This document shows positions 1-10,607 of a stretch of 64,000 nucleotides of DNA, in pieces. The stretch's first letter is position 1. Each line of letters starts with the position of its first letter. The notes below the pieces were generated by a model. It had not been told where the DNA came from, searched no databases, and was given only the letters and a program-made list of their open reading frames with translations. Source of the stretch: an uncultured Planctomycetaceae bacterium (lineage in GTDB: Bacteria; Planctomycetota; Planctomycetia; Planctomycetales; Planctomycetaceae); contig CAWFGE010000022.1 in assembly GCA_963815195.1 (NCBI GenBank), positions 160,001 through 224,000 on the forward strand, in the 5' to 3' direction. Made by a program: the position numbers and the translations under genes.

Positions 1-2032
1 TGATGGCTGTCGAAGCGCAATTCGGACAAGGGGAAATCATCGCGGGGATCGAACCCCGTGATCGGGTTGGGCGACCGCGGGGTCGAGTGCACGGCATTGG
101 TCGGGGCGCCGCGATTGAGTTGGCTTCCGTCCGACGCCCAGGCTTTGGGCGCGATGCCCCCAGATAACACCGCGCCAGCCGATTGCGGTAGAGCGCATTC
201 AAGCTGAAGGTGTTGATGTTGATTCGCCGCGATGCGAAAACCGTCAACGCGCACAAGACGGCGATCGTCAGGCACATCGCCTCAAGCAACCGGAGCTTGG
301 CGGCGACGGGATCCGCTTCTCGAACCGTCTGGCCGGTCGGCGATGTCGCCTGAAGCTGAACCTGTTCGACGGAAGCCAGATACTCTTCGGGCGTCTCGGA
401 AAAGCCCCAAACCGGCACGAAATAATCCGTAATGAAGGAGGTGATAATGATCAGCCCGATCAGAAACACGATCGGCACGATGCGAACGGCGTATTTGCCG
501 AACCGCCCCGTCTGGCCCTGTGAGACGTTTCGGCCCGCCATCATCCCGCTCGCGACGGCGGAGACCCAACCCGCTCCGAGCACGGCTCCGATTCCTGCGA
601 GTTTCCGCTCCAAAGCCAGAATCAGCCACGGTCCCCAGATGGACAACCCGACGATCGCGAGCCACGCAAAAACATAAATCATGGCGGTGCCCGTCAGGCT
701 CGCCCACCATTCGCGAATCGCCTCGCTCCAAAGCCTCGAAATAAGTCCGACTTGAATATAGGCGATCAAGATCAATGCCGACAGAAATAAAGGCGGACCG
801 AGCGTGAGCGCGAGCACCGAACCGTCCCGGCCGACGACGCTGAGGGAATGCAGCAGCGTGAAAACTTGATAAAGCAGCATCCCGCCCACAAATCCCGTCA
901 AGAGTCCCAAACCGACGCGGGCCAGTTGCAGCATCACGCTCTTGCTCAGATGCATGTCCTCCAAATGTTGAGGCTGATCCAGGCCCACCAGCAAATGAAA
1001 CGTTCCGACCAAGACCGCCATGGCCAAACCGGATAACAGCCTCGCAAACCAGATGGGGTCCAGCGGAATCCCACGTTCGACTTCCGGATAAATCACGCGG
1101 CCGATCAAATCGACCGGGCCCGTTTGCCCTTCGAAACGCGCATGGCACAACCACGCGACCAGCACGCCCAAAATGAGCAACGGAATCATGATGTGACGAT
1201 GAAGATACATCCGCTCGCGGCGAAAGCTCGCCGGCTGTTTCTTTTCCCGGTAACTGCCGCGGATCTGCTGCATCGACCGGTGGATCCAGCGAAAAACCAG
1301 CACCAGCATCACCACGACGAGCGTTTGACCGGCGACCCAAACCACGTTTTCCCAGTTTCCCGAATTTTGATTGTCGGAGGTCATATTGAAGACCATGATC
1401 AACAGCCGCTCCGACATAATCATCCCCAGCAGCAAGGGGATGAGCACCAGCAGGTTCAATAACAAATTGCGAAGATAAATCGAAAACAGCCCCCAAGTGT
1501 CCGCGGAAAAGAACCCGAGCCGCGGCGTGAGATAGTTGCTATACGCGCGAAGATGGTGGATCGGTTCGGGTTCCGCATCGAAGACTTCGCCGGCTTTTAG
1601 GCCGTCCCGCGTGGCGGCGGCTTGGTTGACTCGGCTGGATTGCAACTGCAATTCGACGTTTTCGGTGCTGCCTTCGCGTTTGATCCAGGCTGCAAGCCAA
1701 CTCCCCACAAATCCGCCGCCGGAAACCGTGGAGAGGTAATCGAAATACTTCAAGAGCCGGTGGTCCGCGAGGCCTTGCAGGATGCCGAGATTGAATGTCG
1801 CGCTGCGGATGCCGCCCCCGGAAAACGCCAAACCCACCACGTCCTCGTCGAGCGCTTCTTGGCGGATTTGTTCGAGGGCTTCGCGCAAGCCGGATTCCGC
1901 GGATTTCGCGGGCCGATTTTCTTCACGGGCTTCGTCCGCGCCGAGTTGATTCGCTCGCCGGCGCTCGCGGATGGCCGCCAGCTCCTCCGCGAGAACCGCC
2001 GAAAAGGGAATCGGGAATTGACCGTCGGCCAC
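1..2032 (-). CDS. Patatin/cPLA2-like phospholipase with multi-pass membrane region (runs off the window start; apparent frameshift near 146)
   Basis: Manual translation from GTG at 2032 (GAGGA upstream) gives GLAFSGGGIRSATFNLGILQGL and DYLSTVSGGG (oxyanion and nucleophile Ser motifs), hydrophobic helices, then RININTFSLNALYRNRLARCYLGAS. NPITGFDPRDD follows in a neighbouring frame. Missing from the ORF track because there is no stop in the window. Confidence 0.85.
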   Translation of the reverse strand, partial: MADGQFPIPFSAVLAEELAAIRERRRANQLGADEAREENRPAKSAESGLREALEQIRQEALDEDVVGLAFSGGGIRSATFNLGILQGLADHRLLKYFDYLSTVSGGGFVGSWLAAWIKREGSTENVELQLQSSRVNQAAATRDGLKAGEVFDAEPEPIHHLRAYSNYLTPRLGFFSADTWGLFSIYLRNLLLNLLVLIPLLLGMIMSERLLIMVFNMTSDNQNSGNWENVVWVAGQTLVVVMLVLVFRWIHRSMQQIRGSYREKKQPASFRRERMYLHRHIMIPLLILGVLVAWLCHARFEGQTGPVDLIGRVIYPEVERGIPLDPIWFARLLSGLAMAVLVGTFHLLVGLDQPQHLEDMHLSKSVMLQLARVGLGLLTGFVGGMLLYQVFTLLHSLSVVGRDGSVLALTLGPPLFLSALILIAYIQVGLISRLWSEAIREWWASLTGTAMIYVFAWLAIVGLSIWGPWLILALERKLAGIGAVLGAGWVSAVASGMMAGRNVSQGQTGRFGKYAVRIVPIVFLIGLIIITSFITDYFVPVWGFSETPEEYLASVEQVQLQATSPTGQTVREADPVAAKLRLLEAMCLTIAVLCALTVFASRRININTFSLNALYRNRLARCYLGASRPKPGRRTEANSIAAPRPMPCTRPRGRPTRSRGSIPAMISPCPNCASTAI

Positions 2033-2155
2033 CGGGCTTGTTCCTCAAGTTGAATCTTGCTGACGATCCTTGATTAAAGAGTCCTATCCTTTCCAACGTA
2101 CCGGCCAAAACGAGGCGCAAGCAACAAAATTCTCCCGCGAGTGGCCTGGGACGCT

Positions 2156-4138
2156 TCACTCCGCGCGGTGCTCTTTTTGTGGCGGCGGGGGATCCTGGTG
2201 GACTTTCAGGTATTCCACAAGGGCCCAGCGGTCCTCGTCGGCCCAATCCGCGCCGTATTCATGCCCGGCGTTCCTGTTGCCTTCGATGGACGTATCAAAT
2301 TCAAAGAGCTTCTTGCCGGTCGCGGCGCCGGCGGTGTCCGGCTTCCAGACAAATCCCACGGATTTGGGATCGAACTCTTGCGATCCGACCAGAAAAGTTT
2401 TCGGACGTTCGGAGGCAGGCAACAGCAAATGATAAAGCGTCGGCACCGATCCGTTGTGCAGATAAGGAGCCGTCGCCCAGACGCCCTCGAGCATGCGGCC
2501 GGGATAAACCGGGCCGCCGGTGACGGTCATCGTGTCGCGCCAGACGACGGGCAGCCGATCCGCTTCCAGGTGGTCCATCAATTCCTGCCGGTCGGCGGAC
2601 ATTTTGGACCTGGCTCGTTGTTGAAGGGCCTCGAGCATGGTGCTGATGGACTCGGCAAATCCGACGGTCGAGCCGTCCGCTTTATACACGGGCCGATCGA
2701 AGTTCGTCGCCACCACCGGATCGGTCTTGACCTCGTCGAGCGAGTAGAGGTTGACGACGATCAGCCCCTGTTTGTTGACGCCCTCGGGCGTATGACACTT
2801 GGCGCAATGCTCTTGATAGAGTGCCTTTCCTCGCTCGACCCGCTTCTCATCAGGAGCGCCAAACACATCGCCGGGCCACTTGGGGGGCGTGATCTTTTGG
2901 ATTTGTTGCTCCATCAGCATTTGATTGACGATGTTGACCGACGTGTCGAACGACTCGGAATCGAAGGTCGCTCCCACGCCGATCGCTTCGCCGATGCTTC
3001 GCTGGATCACCGAGTTGGTATTGGCGTTCCAGTGGAGCCATTCGTATTTGTGGATATTCCAAAGCGGCGGCACACTGACCGGGGCGTTGACCGGCAGCAT
3101 GTTTTTTTCGTTCCAACCGGCGAACAACTCGACGCGGGCGGTGCCGAAGTCGTCGGCCCGCCCGTAGCCCGCTTCCAGCCGATGTCCCGGCTGCGACAGC
3201 CAATTTCGCACTTTGAGAAACGCCAGCCGGTATTTGAGATCCCGCATGTTCCCGTCAAATTCGCCGAGCAGCCTCTCGATCACTTTCTTCCGCTCTTCAA
3301 CCGTTTCGGATTTCAACGGGCTGTTCGGTCCGAAGGACTTATCCGCCAGGTCGGCGGCAAGGGCTTTGACGTCGGCGAGCTTTGCATCCGTGGATTTTTC
3401 GATCCCCTCCGATCGGATGGCACCAATCTCGTGGCGCAACTGGCCGAGCCGGGCTTTGAGATGATCTGCGATTCTGCGTCCGACGTCGCCGTCTTTTTCC
3501 AGGTCTTTGAGCTTCGCAAATTTGCCGATCAACTCTCCGGCGATTTTGCTTTCCTTGGTCAGCCGCTTCAGGAACGCCCAGAACTCTTCCGGATCTTTGA
3601 GCGTCGCGTTGACCGATTCGCCGACCGCGTCGCCCAGCCGATCGACATAAAACAGCCCCGACCCGCCCTCGACGCGGACGACTTTTCCCTGGTAGTGCAA
3701 GTCCGAAGTATGGCATGCGGCACACGTAAAACCGAACATCTCGATTTCCCGGTCGCCGGACTTGATTGTGTTGGTCACGATGCCGACGGGAAACCCTTCG
3801 GGATTGCGGGGCGATTTCTTGCCGGGCACCAGGCCGAATCGCTCGAGGTTTTCGAGAAACGGCCGGCCCGTTTCGCTGTCATTGAGCGCCCGCACGACGG
3901 CCATGGGAAAAAAACCGCTGCCTTGCTCCGAGTAGTGCACGAGGTCCGCATCGTATCCCGCCTGCGTATTGATTCCCATCGGAACCGCCGCGACCGATGG
4001 ACCCCCAGGCGTCTCACCACCTGTTCCATTTGACGGGGAGTTCGATTTCTCGCCGGGCGGCGTCTTCTTTTCGCTCGTGCACCCAAGACACATTCCCACG
4101 CCTAAGACCACACACCACGCGACGCGAGGAAGGGACAT
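2156..4138 (-). CDS. Di-heme cytochrome c lipoprotein, RoxA/MauG-like family
   Basis: Two CxxCH motifs (CAACH, CAKCH), GVWATAPYLHNGSVPTL motif, lipobox-like MCLGC, GGAG RBS before ATG 4138. Confidence 0.85.
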   Translation of the reverse strand: MSLPRVAWCVVLGVGMCLGCTSEKKTPPGEKSNSPSNGTGGETPGGPSVAAVPMGINTQAGYDADLVHYSEQGSGFFPMAVVRALNDSETGRPFLENLERFGLVPGKKSPRNPEGFPVGIVTNTIKSGDREIEMFGFTCAACHTSDLHYQGKVVRVEGGSGLFYVDRLGDAVGESVNATLKDPEEFWAFLKRLTKESKIAGELIGKFAKLKDLEKDGDVGRRIADHLKARLGQLRHEIGAIRSEGIEKSTDAKLADVKALAADLADKSFGPNSPLKSETVEERKKVIERLLGEFDGNMRDLKYRLAFLKVRNWLSQPGHRLEAGYGRADDFGTARVELFAGWNEKNMLPVNAPVSVPPLWNIHKYEWLHWNANTNSVIQRSIGEAIGVGATFDSESFDTSVNIVNQMLMEQQIQKITPPKWPGDVFGAPDEKRVERGKALYQEHCAKCHTPEGVNKQGLIVVNLYSLDEVKTDPVVATNFDRPVYKADGSTVGFAESISTMLEALQQRARSKMSADRQELMDHLEADRLPVVWRDTMTVTGGPVYPGRMLEGVWATAPYLHNGSVPTLYHLLLPASERPKTFLVGSQEFDPKSVGFVWKPDTAGAATGKKLFEFDTSIEGNRNAGHEYGADWADEDRWALVEYLKVHQDPPPPQKEHRAE

Positions 4139-4366
4139 CGTTTTCTCCAGCTTGAGGGAAGGCCATTTGAATGGTTGGCACGAGACGGGCACAGGATTCT
4201 GCGAAGTGTTCACCATCCTAAGCGAGTGAACCGAAAAATCCCAGGCAGAATGTCATACTGTTCAAATGCGGGAAGAGCGTCTCTGTTCGTGGCCTGCCGT
4301 TTCGCCTATTCTCTAGACGGAAGCGAGTTGACCCGAACGCGACCTCGAGCCGAAATGGTGGGCCAA

Positions 4367-5242
4367 ATGCACGATGACTTCAAATCGGGCACATTGAAAG
4401 CGAATGGAATCGAGTTTGGTTTTCTGGAAGCCGGGGAAGGCCCGCTCGTCTTGCTGCTGCATGGGTTCCCCGATAATGCTTACACATTCCGTCATCAACT
4501 GCCTGTCCTGGCGGATGCGGGTTATCGGGCGGTCGCGCCGTTTCTGAGGGGCTATGCCCCCACGACGGTGGCGGCGGGTTCTTATCAAACCGCGGTGCTG
4601 TGCCGGGATGTCTTGGCGCTGATCGATGCGCTGGGCTACGACGAGGCCGCGGTGTTCGGCCACGACTGGGGGGCCGTGTTGGCGATGGGGGCCGCGGAAA
4701 TCGCGCCGGAAAAAATCCATCGGCTCGCCGCGGCGTCCGTCCCACACGTGGCACCGCTGTTTGCCTCGTTGGTGAACAACGCCGACCAGCAAAGGCGAAG
4801 CTGGTACATTTATTTCTTCCAACTTCCCATCGCGGAGACAGCGGTTTCCGCGGACGACTTTGCATTTCTCGATCGCCTCTGGCAGGACTGGTCGCCGGGT
4901 TGGAACTATCCCGCGGAGGTGATGGCGAACGTGAAAGACACGCTGGGAAATCCCGGCGTCTTAGGGGCCGCGCTGTCGTACTACCGTTGCCTGTTCGATT
5001 CTTCCGGCTTCGACCCGGCGGTTGAGGAGATTCAAGCGACGCTGTTCAGCACGCCGATTCAAGTTCCGACGCTCTACTTTCACGGCGAAAAGGACGGCTG
5101 CATCGGCGTGGAATTGGTGGAGGAAATGGATCCCTTCTTCGCTCACGGATTGGAGAAGGTCATCCTTCCCGCGGGGCATTTCGTCCAACAGGAGGCCCCC
5201 GACGAAGTGAACCGGCATTTGCTGGCGTTTCTGAAATCGTGA
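4367..5242 (+). CDS. Alpha/beta hydrolase, epoxide hydrolase type
   Basis: HGFP oxyanion motif, Asp nucleophile in GHDWGA, candidate ring-opening tyrosines in SWYIYFFQ and LSYYR, catalytic His in GHFVQQE. Confidence 0.85.
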   Translation: MHDDFKSGTLKANGIEFGFLEAGEGPLVLLLHGFPDNAYTFRHQLPVLADAGYRAVAPFLRGYAPTTVAAGSYQTAVLCRDVLALIDALGYDEAAVFGHDWGAVLAMGAAEIAPEKIHRLAAASVPHVAPLFASLVNNADQQRRSWYIYFFQLPIAETAVSADDFAFLDRLWQDWSPGWNYPAEVMANVKDTLGNPGVLGAALSYYRCLFDSSGFDPAVEEIQATLFSTPIQVPTLYFHGEKDGCIGVELVEEMDPFFAHGLEKVILPAGHFVQQEAPDEVNRHLLAFLKS

Positions 5243-5257
5243 CGCCATCCCGGAGGA

Positions 5258-8200
5258 TCAATCGGCTTCGTCGAGCAGACGCCTGGCATCGACAAGATCG
5301 GGCGTTGCAAAGCCTTCGCAAAACCAGCCGAAAACCTCCGCCAACAAAGCCTGGCCTTCCGCGGATCGGCCTTGCGTTTTCCGCAGCCTTGCCAGCGACA
5401 TGGCCGCGCGCAATTCCCACGACTTGGCCCGCTGCACCTGGCCGATTTCCAGCGACTTTTCCAAGCAGGCTTCCACAGCGGGCAGATCGGCGGATTGCTC
5501 CAGGAGCAGTTCGCCTTTCCGCCGGAAGAGTTCCGCTTCGTAGTAGCGATCCTGGTGGAGCGCGGCGATCTCCAGTGAATGGTCGAGCGTTCCGAGGGCT
5601 TCGTCCAACCGGCCGGTCCGCTGCTGGGCTTCGGCGAGAAAACTGTAATAGTAAGGCAGCGACAGCGCCGCTCCCGTGGCTTTGATCGTTTCAAGCCCTT
5701 CTTGCACCAGGTCCAGCACTTCGTCCACGCGGTCCAAAAGCAACAGCGCGGACGAGCGGTACAGCCGGCTCGTCGCCGACCAGAACGCGAAGCCGTGCTT
5801 GTCCGCGAGCCGTTGCTCGGCCTCGGCATATTCCAGCGTCTTTTCGCCCAGCCGGGCATATTGATGCACCCAGGCGCTAAAGTGCAGGGAATAGCATTGG
5901 CTGAAAGGGTGCTTCAAATGGTGGGCCAGGTCGATGGCGGATTCGATTCGCTCGAGCGCCTGGTCGGGATACCCCAGATGCCAATTCGCGAGAGCCCAAT
6001 AACTCTGGAGCGTCACGCCCGAGTTCTGGCCGCTGCGGTGACAGTGCATCCGGCAGCGGTCTTCGTCGTAGAGTGCGAAGCCGTCCTCGCAGTGCTTCCG
6101 AGCGGCCTCGAAGTCGCCAAGGTAATACAGAGAATTGGCCGGGACGTGATGGGCTTCCATCATCATGCCGGGATCGCCGAGCAGTTCGGCGAGCGACATG
6201 ATTTCCTCGGAGAGCTTGAGGCTGAGCACCAACTCGTCGCGGACGAGCCGCCACGCCCAAATCCCGAACAGCACCACGAACGAATTCCACTTGTCGCCCA
6301 CGCGTTCGCAAAGTTCGCGGGCCCGGTCGTAAACCGGCCCCACCTCCGGGGCGGCATACCCGCGGGTCGAGACGAGCGCGGCGCCCAAGGGAACTTTGAG
6401 AACCAATTCCAACTCATCGCGATGCGGCGATTCCTCCAATCGCTCCACAAGGGCCAGACCGCGATGGACGCAACTGATCGTCTCGGCGTGAGCCGACTTT
6501 TCCGCCGCCAACGTCGCGGCCTGACACCAATACTTGACACCTTGTTCCAACTCGCCGGCTTCCGCGAAATGCCAGGCCAAGAGCGCCGGATCGGTCCCGG
6601 GCATCTCCTCGAGCACCTTGGCGACGCGGAGGTGAAATTGCCGGCGTTTGTCCTTTAGCAGCGTTTGGTAAGCGGCATCCTGGATCAGCGCGTGCTTGAA
6701 GATGTAGACGCACCTGGGCGGCCGGCCTTTCTGATAGATCAATTCCGCGAGGATCAGTTTGTCGAGTTCGATCTGCAGGTCCGCCTCGTCGAGTTCGGTG
6801 ACCGCGCGAATCAGCTCATGGCCGAATTCCCTCCCCACCACGGACGCCAATTGGACGATGTCCATGTCGCTCGCCATGCGGTCCAACCGGGCCAACAGCA
6901 GGTCCTGCAGCGTCGCGGGAATTTCCTTGACGGGAAACGTCGCGGACATCTCCGTTTCGCCGTCGATTTCCCGGAGCGTGCCGGTCTGCATGACCATTGT
7001 GGTAAACTCTTCCACAAACAAAGGCACGCCGTCGGTGCGGTCGATCACCGATTGAACAATCTGGGCGGGAATCTGATTCAAGCCCGATTTGCGCTGCATC
7101 ATTTCCGCGATTTGGCGTTTCGTCAGCCGGTTGAGCGCGACCTGTGTCTGATGCGCGAGGCTGCTCCAGGGAGTTTGGAATTCCGGGCGAAACGTCAGAA
7201 TCGTGAGCACGCTGTCGTTGAGTCCCTCCGCGACATGGTACTCGAGAAACTCGAGCGTCGAGGGATCGACCCAGTGGAGATCCTCCACGATGAACAGAAC
7301 CGGCCGGTCCCGCGACATCTCGCGGAGCCAATCCTGCAAGACTTCGATGGTCCGCTGCCGCCTGCGATCCGGACTCATTTCCAAAGGCGGGCACCGGCCG
7401 TCGAGCGGCAACGACAACAGCGACGCCAAGAGCGCGAACTCCTCATCGCCGTGGAGCGCAATGTCTTCGAGGTGCCCAGCCAGACGGTCCAAGCGGTCGG
7501 CGGGGGCATCCTCGGGCTGGAAATTGAGCAACCGCTCGAAATACTCCCGCGCCGCAAACAGGCTGCTGTTCGCGTGCAAAGGCGAACAGAACCATTCGAC
7601 GATCTGTTGTGCCGGCTCTTCCGGCTCTTCCGGCTCTTGATCGGCGAGCACGTAGTCTTTGATCGTGTAAACCAGCCGCGATTTTCCCAGCCCGGCCTCC
7701 CCGATCAAAAGCACGATCTGGCCCATGCCTTCCACGGCCTGATCCCAGCGGTCCACGAGCAGGCCGACTTCGCGGTCGCGTCCCGTGAGCGGCGTCAACT
7801 CGCCCAGATTCGCCGCCCGGTCGATCCGGCTGAGAATCGGCCGCTCGCCGGTGACCTCGAAGAATTCCAGTTTTTGCGAGACGCCCTTGAAGCGAAACTG
7901 GCCGAGGCTTTCAAAGTCGAAATAACCCGCGGTCAGACGTTTTGTCGCTTCGCTGACGATGACCATTCCCGGTTCCGCGACCTGATCCAGCCGGGTGACG
8001 ATGCTCCGCGGTTCGCCGACGATCGAGAGCGAATCGTGACCGATGCTTCCGCGCCCGGCTTCTCCAATCACAACGTGCCCCGTATGCAGCCCGATCCAGG
8101 GCGCGAGGTCGAGCTTTTGTCTTTGGAGATCGGCATTCAGCATTTTGACGCGCTCTTGCAGCTTGAGCGCCGCCTGCACGCTCCGCCGGGTCGAATCCTC

Positions 8201-9588
8201 ATGCGCCAGCGGATACCCGAAGCAGACCAAAACGCCTTCATTGCCGGATTGAACCAGTGTGGCGTCGAACTCTTCGATGATTTCGTCGCAGAGCGACTGA
8301 TACTCCCGCAGGATGCGATGCTGGTCCTGGGGATCGACTTCCTCCAGAAATTCCGACGTCTCGAAAAGATCGCAGACGCAGAACATCATCGTGACCTGCC
8401 GGCGTTCGGCCTCCCGCGCCCGCCGAATCGAGGAGGCCGTTCGATCGCTTTTGGAGGATGACTCCTTCAAAAAGTCCTCGGAGGGCGGGGGCTCTCGCTC
8501 GAACGACGAAGATCGGTCGATTTGAGAGACCGTCGGATCCAGGAGGACGGAGGGTCCCGCCTGGTCGCCTGAATCAAAGGGCGGTTGCAAAATGACGGGA
8601 GACGTGTGTGCCTTGAGGACCCGGCGGAGATCATCGGCGAAGTCGCTCGCCGTCGTGTCGGCGCATTCAACGATTTCGACATGGCTTTGAGGCAGATCGC
8701 CTCGACCGCGGCCGGTACATGCGGGGCGATCTGGCGGGGCGGCTGCGGCTCGTCTTCGCAGACCTGCCGCAAGATCTCCGCCGCGGTCGATCCGTGGAAC
8801 GGGACCCGGCCGCAGAGCATGCGATAAAGCACGACCGCCAGCGAATAGATGTCCGTCCGGCCGTCGATACGGTGCCCTCGGCCCGCGGCTTGTTCCGGCG
8901 ACATATAGGTCACCGTGCCCGCGACCAGTCCGACTTCCGCGCCGGGATCGCCGGCGTCCGTATCGCTGACCGCCAATCCAAAATCCACAAGCACCGGCTT
9001 TTGATCGCTCGTCAACAGAATGTTTCCCGGTTTGAGATCCCGGTGCACAATCCGGCGAGCATGCGCGTGGGCGAGCGCATCGGCGACTTCGGCGACAATC
9101 GCGACGGCCTCTTGCCAGGTCGGCCGGTATTGCTTGAGCCATCGTTCCAGATCCGTGCCGGCGATGTAATCGGAGACGATGTAGCATTGCCCGTCGTCCA
9201 CGCCCAAATCGAACACGGTCACAATGGCCGGATGCCTCAACTGCGCCAGATCGCGCGCCTCTTTCAGGAACCGGTCCACTTCCTCGGGGGAGTGGAGCAC
9301 GTGACGATGCGGGGCCTTGATCGCCACATCACGATTGAGCTGCCTGTCGTACGCGCGGTAAACCGTGCCGAACCCTCCCCGGCCGAGCACGTCTTGAATC
9401 TCGAAGCGGCCGATCGTTTTCGGCATGGCCGCGGCGGTCTCCCGATCCGCCGGGACAACCGGTTTGATCGTGTCCGCAAACGCGTCCGATCGATGCGAGT
9501 TTGTATCGGGATGCGAACCGTCAGGCTTCGCCGGGTTGGGGGCGGCATTGTCCGGCGTGCCGACCGGTTCTTTGTCTTGAGAACTCAT
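5258..9588 (-). CDS. Ser/Thr kinase + class III cyclase-like domain + P-loop ATPase + TPR protein (frameshift near 8660)
   Basis: Kinase motifs GRGGFG, AIK, HRDLKPGN, DFG, YMSPE in ORF 8467..9897. ERRQVTMMF, GEAGLGKS, LFIVEDLHW and the C-terminal AKSWELRAAMSLARL lie in ORF 5258..9187. The frames join at KAMSKSLNA / TTASDFADDL. Confidence 0.85.
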
Positions 9589-9728
9589 CAAACTCGTTGC
9601 TCGCGGTTCTGAACCTCTCCTGAAAAACGCCCCGTCATCATACCGCGAAGCAAACGCTTCCCACAACATGAGAAACGGCCTGGGCGACGCCGTTGACGGG
9701 AAGATAGATCCGTTAGGACTTTGCGGGG

Positions 9729-10409
9729 TTAGCGTCCTGGGCGGATTTGGGGATGCAGCGCCCCGCCCTCCACAACGTGTTCGATGCCGAGTGCCGCGAG
9801 CATCGCGAGACCGCCGACCCACGCGAGCGTTGTTTCGCCGCTCATTCCGAGAAACGAGCCGCCGGCTTTGCCCAACCGGTTGAAATACAGCCAGCAAAAG
9901 CCGCCGAGCGTTTCATAAAACGTGATCAGCCCCGTCTTCGCCTGCCAGAAGTAAAACCCCCAAGGCTTTTGCTGCATGATGTGCAGCTCGTAGCTGTGCT
10001 GAAGTTGCTCGCCGACGAACAGAATCGCCACCGCGGCGAGGATCCCCGCGATCTGGAATTGGAGGGTCCCGTCGCCCGGCTTGGTGCCAAAACGGTCGAA
10101 GATCCACACGAACAGCATCCACACGATAATTTCACTGAGCGTGATCAGCAGCAGATTCGCAAACCGCTTCCAGGCCGGAATCTGGGCGGCCGTTACGCCG
10201 ATGCCTGAGCCGAAATTTGTTTTGGCCCACCAGACGACGGTCAGGCGTTCGATCATAAAACCGGTCCACAAAGCGATTGTGGAGAACACGTATTTGTTGA
10301 GGAAGTCCGTCTGGTCGAAAAAGTACAGCCAGCCCATCAAGGCGAACCATTCGCCGAAGGTCGCGATAAAGAAGGGGAGTTTCTTCTTTCGAAAATCGTC
10401 GAACGTCAT
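9729..10409 (-). CDS. Hypothetical ~6-TM membrane protein
   Basis: Alternating hydrophobic segments; internal repeat TxxE..W / GxxxE(H/R); AAGG-like purine run upstream is weak, so start is approximate. Confidence 0.7.
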   Translation of the reverse strand: MTFDDFRKKKLPFFIATFGEWFALMGWLYFFDQTDFLNKYVFSTIALWTGFMIERLTVVWWAKTNFGSGIGVTAAQIPAWKRFANLLLITLSEIIVWMLFVWIFDRFGTKPGDGTLQFQIAGILAAVAILFVGEQLQHSYELHIMQQKPWGFYFWQAKTGLITFYETLGGFCWLYFNRLGKAGGSFLGMSGETTLAWVGGLAMLAALGIEHVVEGGALHPQIRPGR

Positions 10410-10607
10410 ATGGTTCGCTTTCCAAGGTGGAATGTCGGCGGATGAGCCTCTTGAAAGGTTCGTCCCCATCGAGTGGTGGATGCGTCACTCTACCCATGAA
10501 CACATCGACAAGTCAACGAGATAGCCCGTATAATCCTCACCAGCCCGGGAGACCCATTTCGGGGTTGAAGGAACGCACACGATCAGAACCCGATGATTGG
10601 AATTCCC

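Noticed and set aside
282..1496. 404-aa ORF in the track
   Set aside because: Off-frame shadow of the patatin gene; the adjacent frame holds the real motifs and TM helices.
2156..4138. Calling the gene roxA (rubber oxygenase)
   Set aside because: Only family-level motifs are visible; the substrate cannot be assigned from sequence alone.
4176..4190. Sigma-54 promoter TGGCACGAGACGGGC upstream of the epoxide hydrolase
   Set aside because: Spacing fits but the -12 element is poor (GGGC); too weak to call.
2141..8461. Long plus-strand ORFs 2141..4033, 5579..6658 and 6665..8461 (likewise 14733..16469 and 49475..50752)
   Set aside because: Antisense shadows of motif-bearing genes, expected in GC-rich DNA.
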